Virus record (IMG/VR): IMGVR_UViG_3300031949_000117
Span: 1-34,238 of that record
Direction: 5' to 3' (one strand)
Length of the DNA stretch: 34,238 nucleotides
Source: a virus
Lineage: Duplodnaviria > Caudoviricetes
In this document: positions 33,174 through 34,238 of the stretch, in pieces
Numbering within the stretch: the stretch's first letter is position 1
How the letters are laid out: the number at the start of each line of letters is the position of its first letter
The notes under the pieces: model-generated
What the model saw: only the letters and a program-made list of their open reading frames with translations
What the model was told of the DNA's origin: nothing
The model's database searches: none
Translations under genes and position numbers: made by a program

Positions 33174-33347
33174 ATGATTGACAGAGCAGCAGTTGGAAAT
33201 GTGAAGGCTGCGCCTGCGCCGAACAGGCTCGAAGCGCAAGCCGCGAAGGTTACTGCGCAGATCATCGTGCGGGATAAGGACGGAAAGGTGAAATACGAGG
33301 GTCCGCTGGTGATGGACGTAGTGCAGGACAACACGAAGGAGAAATAG
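33174..33347 (+). CDS. 57-aa hypothetical protein
   Basis: MIDRAAVG...IIVRDKDGKVKYEG; fills the gap and carries the RBS of the next gene. Confidence 0.55.
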   Translation: MIDRAAVGNVKAAPAPNRLEAQAAKVTAQIIVRDKDGKVKYEGPLVMDVVQDNTKEK

Positions 33348-33348
33348 C

Positions 33349-33726
33349 ATGGCCGTAACACATCCTACTGCGGTTCGCACTGGCATTGCCAACTTCGTTG
33401 TCGATCAAATCGACGAGGGCGCACCGCCGGGAGATCTGTTCTTTCTTACCTCTGGCGACGTAACAGTCTGCTCGATCGAGCTGGCGAATCCGGCCTTTGG
33501 AGCAGCGGCTGCTGGAGTAGCTACGCTGGCGGGTGTGCCGCTGACAAGCGGAGGCGCTACGGCTGGAACGATTGCTAAGGCGGCGTTCAGGAACCAAGCG
33601 GGCACTGACAAGATTCTGTGTGCGGTAGCGACAGGAGGGAGCGATATTAACATTCCAGGCGGCTTAACACTCGCAACGAATGACACGGTGACTGTAACGA
33701 GCTTGACCTACACAGCTTCAGCATAG
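33349..33726 (+). CDS. Putative virion/tail-associated protein
   Basis: AAGGAG RBS; LANPAFGAAAAGVAT...GTIAKA...VTVTSLTYT. Confidence 0.7.
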   Translation: MAVTHPTAVRTGIANFVVDQIDEGAPPGDLFFLTSGDVTVCSIELANPAFGAAAAGVATLAGVPLTSGGATAGTIAKAAFRNQAGTDKILCAVATGGSDINIPGGLTLATNDTVTVTSLTYTASA

Positions 33727-33933
33727 ATGCCCGCTCCCGCCCAACTACGCACCGCCGCCGCCGCGCTGCTCGATGCGGCGTTCGACGCTTGGCAGACCGG
33801 GCGGCCGGTCAACGAGAACGTGCGCGTCACTATTGCTGGCCGCACGGTGAAGCTGCACATCGTCGGCAACGACTTGGACTATCCCAAGGGGTTCGTGCTG
33901 CGCGTGACTTGGAAGCCCGCCGATGGCGCTTAG
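33727..33933 (+). CDS. Hypothetical protein
   Basis: Abuts the upstream stop and overlaps the next start. Confidence 0.5.
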   Translation: MPAPAQLRTAAAALLDAAFDAWQTGRPVNENVRVTIAGRTVKLHIVGNDLDYPKGFVLRVTWKPADGA

Positions 33934-34238
33934 AACCAAAACCCTGTGGTATGCGACGCAGCTTGCCGCCGACGTGGTAGATGCCACGTTGACGGCATTA
34001 GGCACCATCACGATCTACACGGAGAACTCCAGTCGAACGTTCCGCTCAGTGCAGGTCTGGTTGAGCTATGAGGACATCAGCACCGCGACCGGGGCGACGG
34101 TGGGCGAGCATCGATGCGCGTGCAGCGTGAACGGCGCTGCGGCGACGACGGTCACGGAGTTGGACGACATCGCCCACTCTGGCGAGAACATGAGCGGGAT
34201 ACTCGGCCCGTTCGATTTCACTTCACACTTCACAACCA
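33923..34238 (+). CDS. Putative structural protein, 3' truncated by window edge
   Basis: MALRTKTLWYATQLAADVVDATLTALGTITIYTENSSRTFRSV... open to the end of the window. Confidence 0.65.
   Translation, partial: MALRTKTLWYATQLAADVVDATLTALGTITIYTENSSRTFRSVQVWLSYEDISTATGATVGEHRCACSVNGAAATTVTELDDIAHSGENMSGILGPFDFTSHFTT

Overview
This window is most of a tailed dsDNA bacteriophage genome. The embedded Rz/Rz1 spanin pair indicates a Gram-negative host. No integrase or clear repressor is visible. 1-3313 (+): end of a beta-helix tail spike/fibre and the lysis cassette (holin-like proteins, peptidase M15 endolysin, spanins). 3314-3810: convergence zone in which a nonsense-interrupted HNH ORF is enclosed by nested inverted repeats. 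3811-21745 (-): complete early/replication arm with HNH, DUF3987-like P-loop protein, UDG-fused family A DNA polymerase, MazG, ParB-methyltransferase, SSB-like protein, AAA ATPase, Cas4/RecB-like nuclease, endonuclease VII, many small ORFs and an initiator-type tRNA-Met flanked by structured RNA. 21746-22440: non-coding divergence region. 22443-34238 (+): terminase, portal, GroES-like protein, scaffold, major capsid and virion accessory proteins. The most notable undescribed signals are three. (i) A terminator-bounded RNA downstream of the tRNA displays UUCUGAGCCUCCU in a hairpin loop, complementary to a shared RBS/start motif of four early genes. (ii) A 32-bp palindromic site occurs four times at transcription-unit boundaries. 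(iii) The nested-stem element around the HNH pseudogene. All family assignments come from motif recognition by eye, not database searches.
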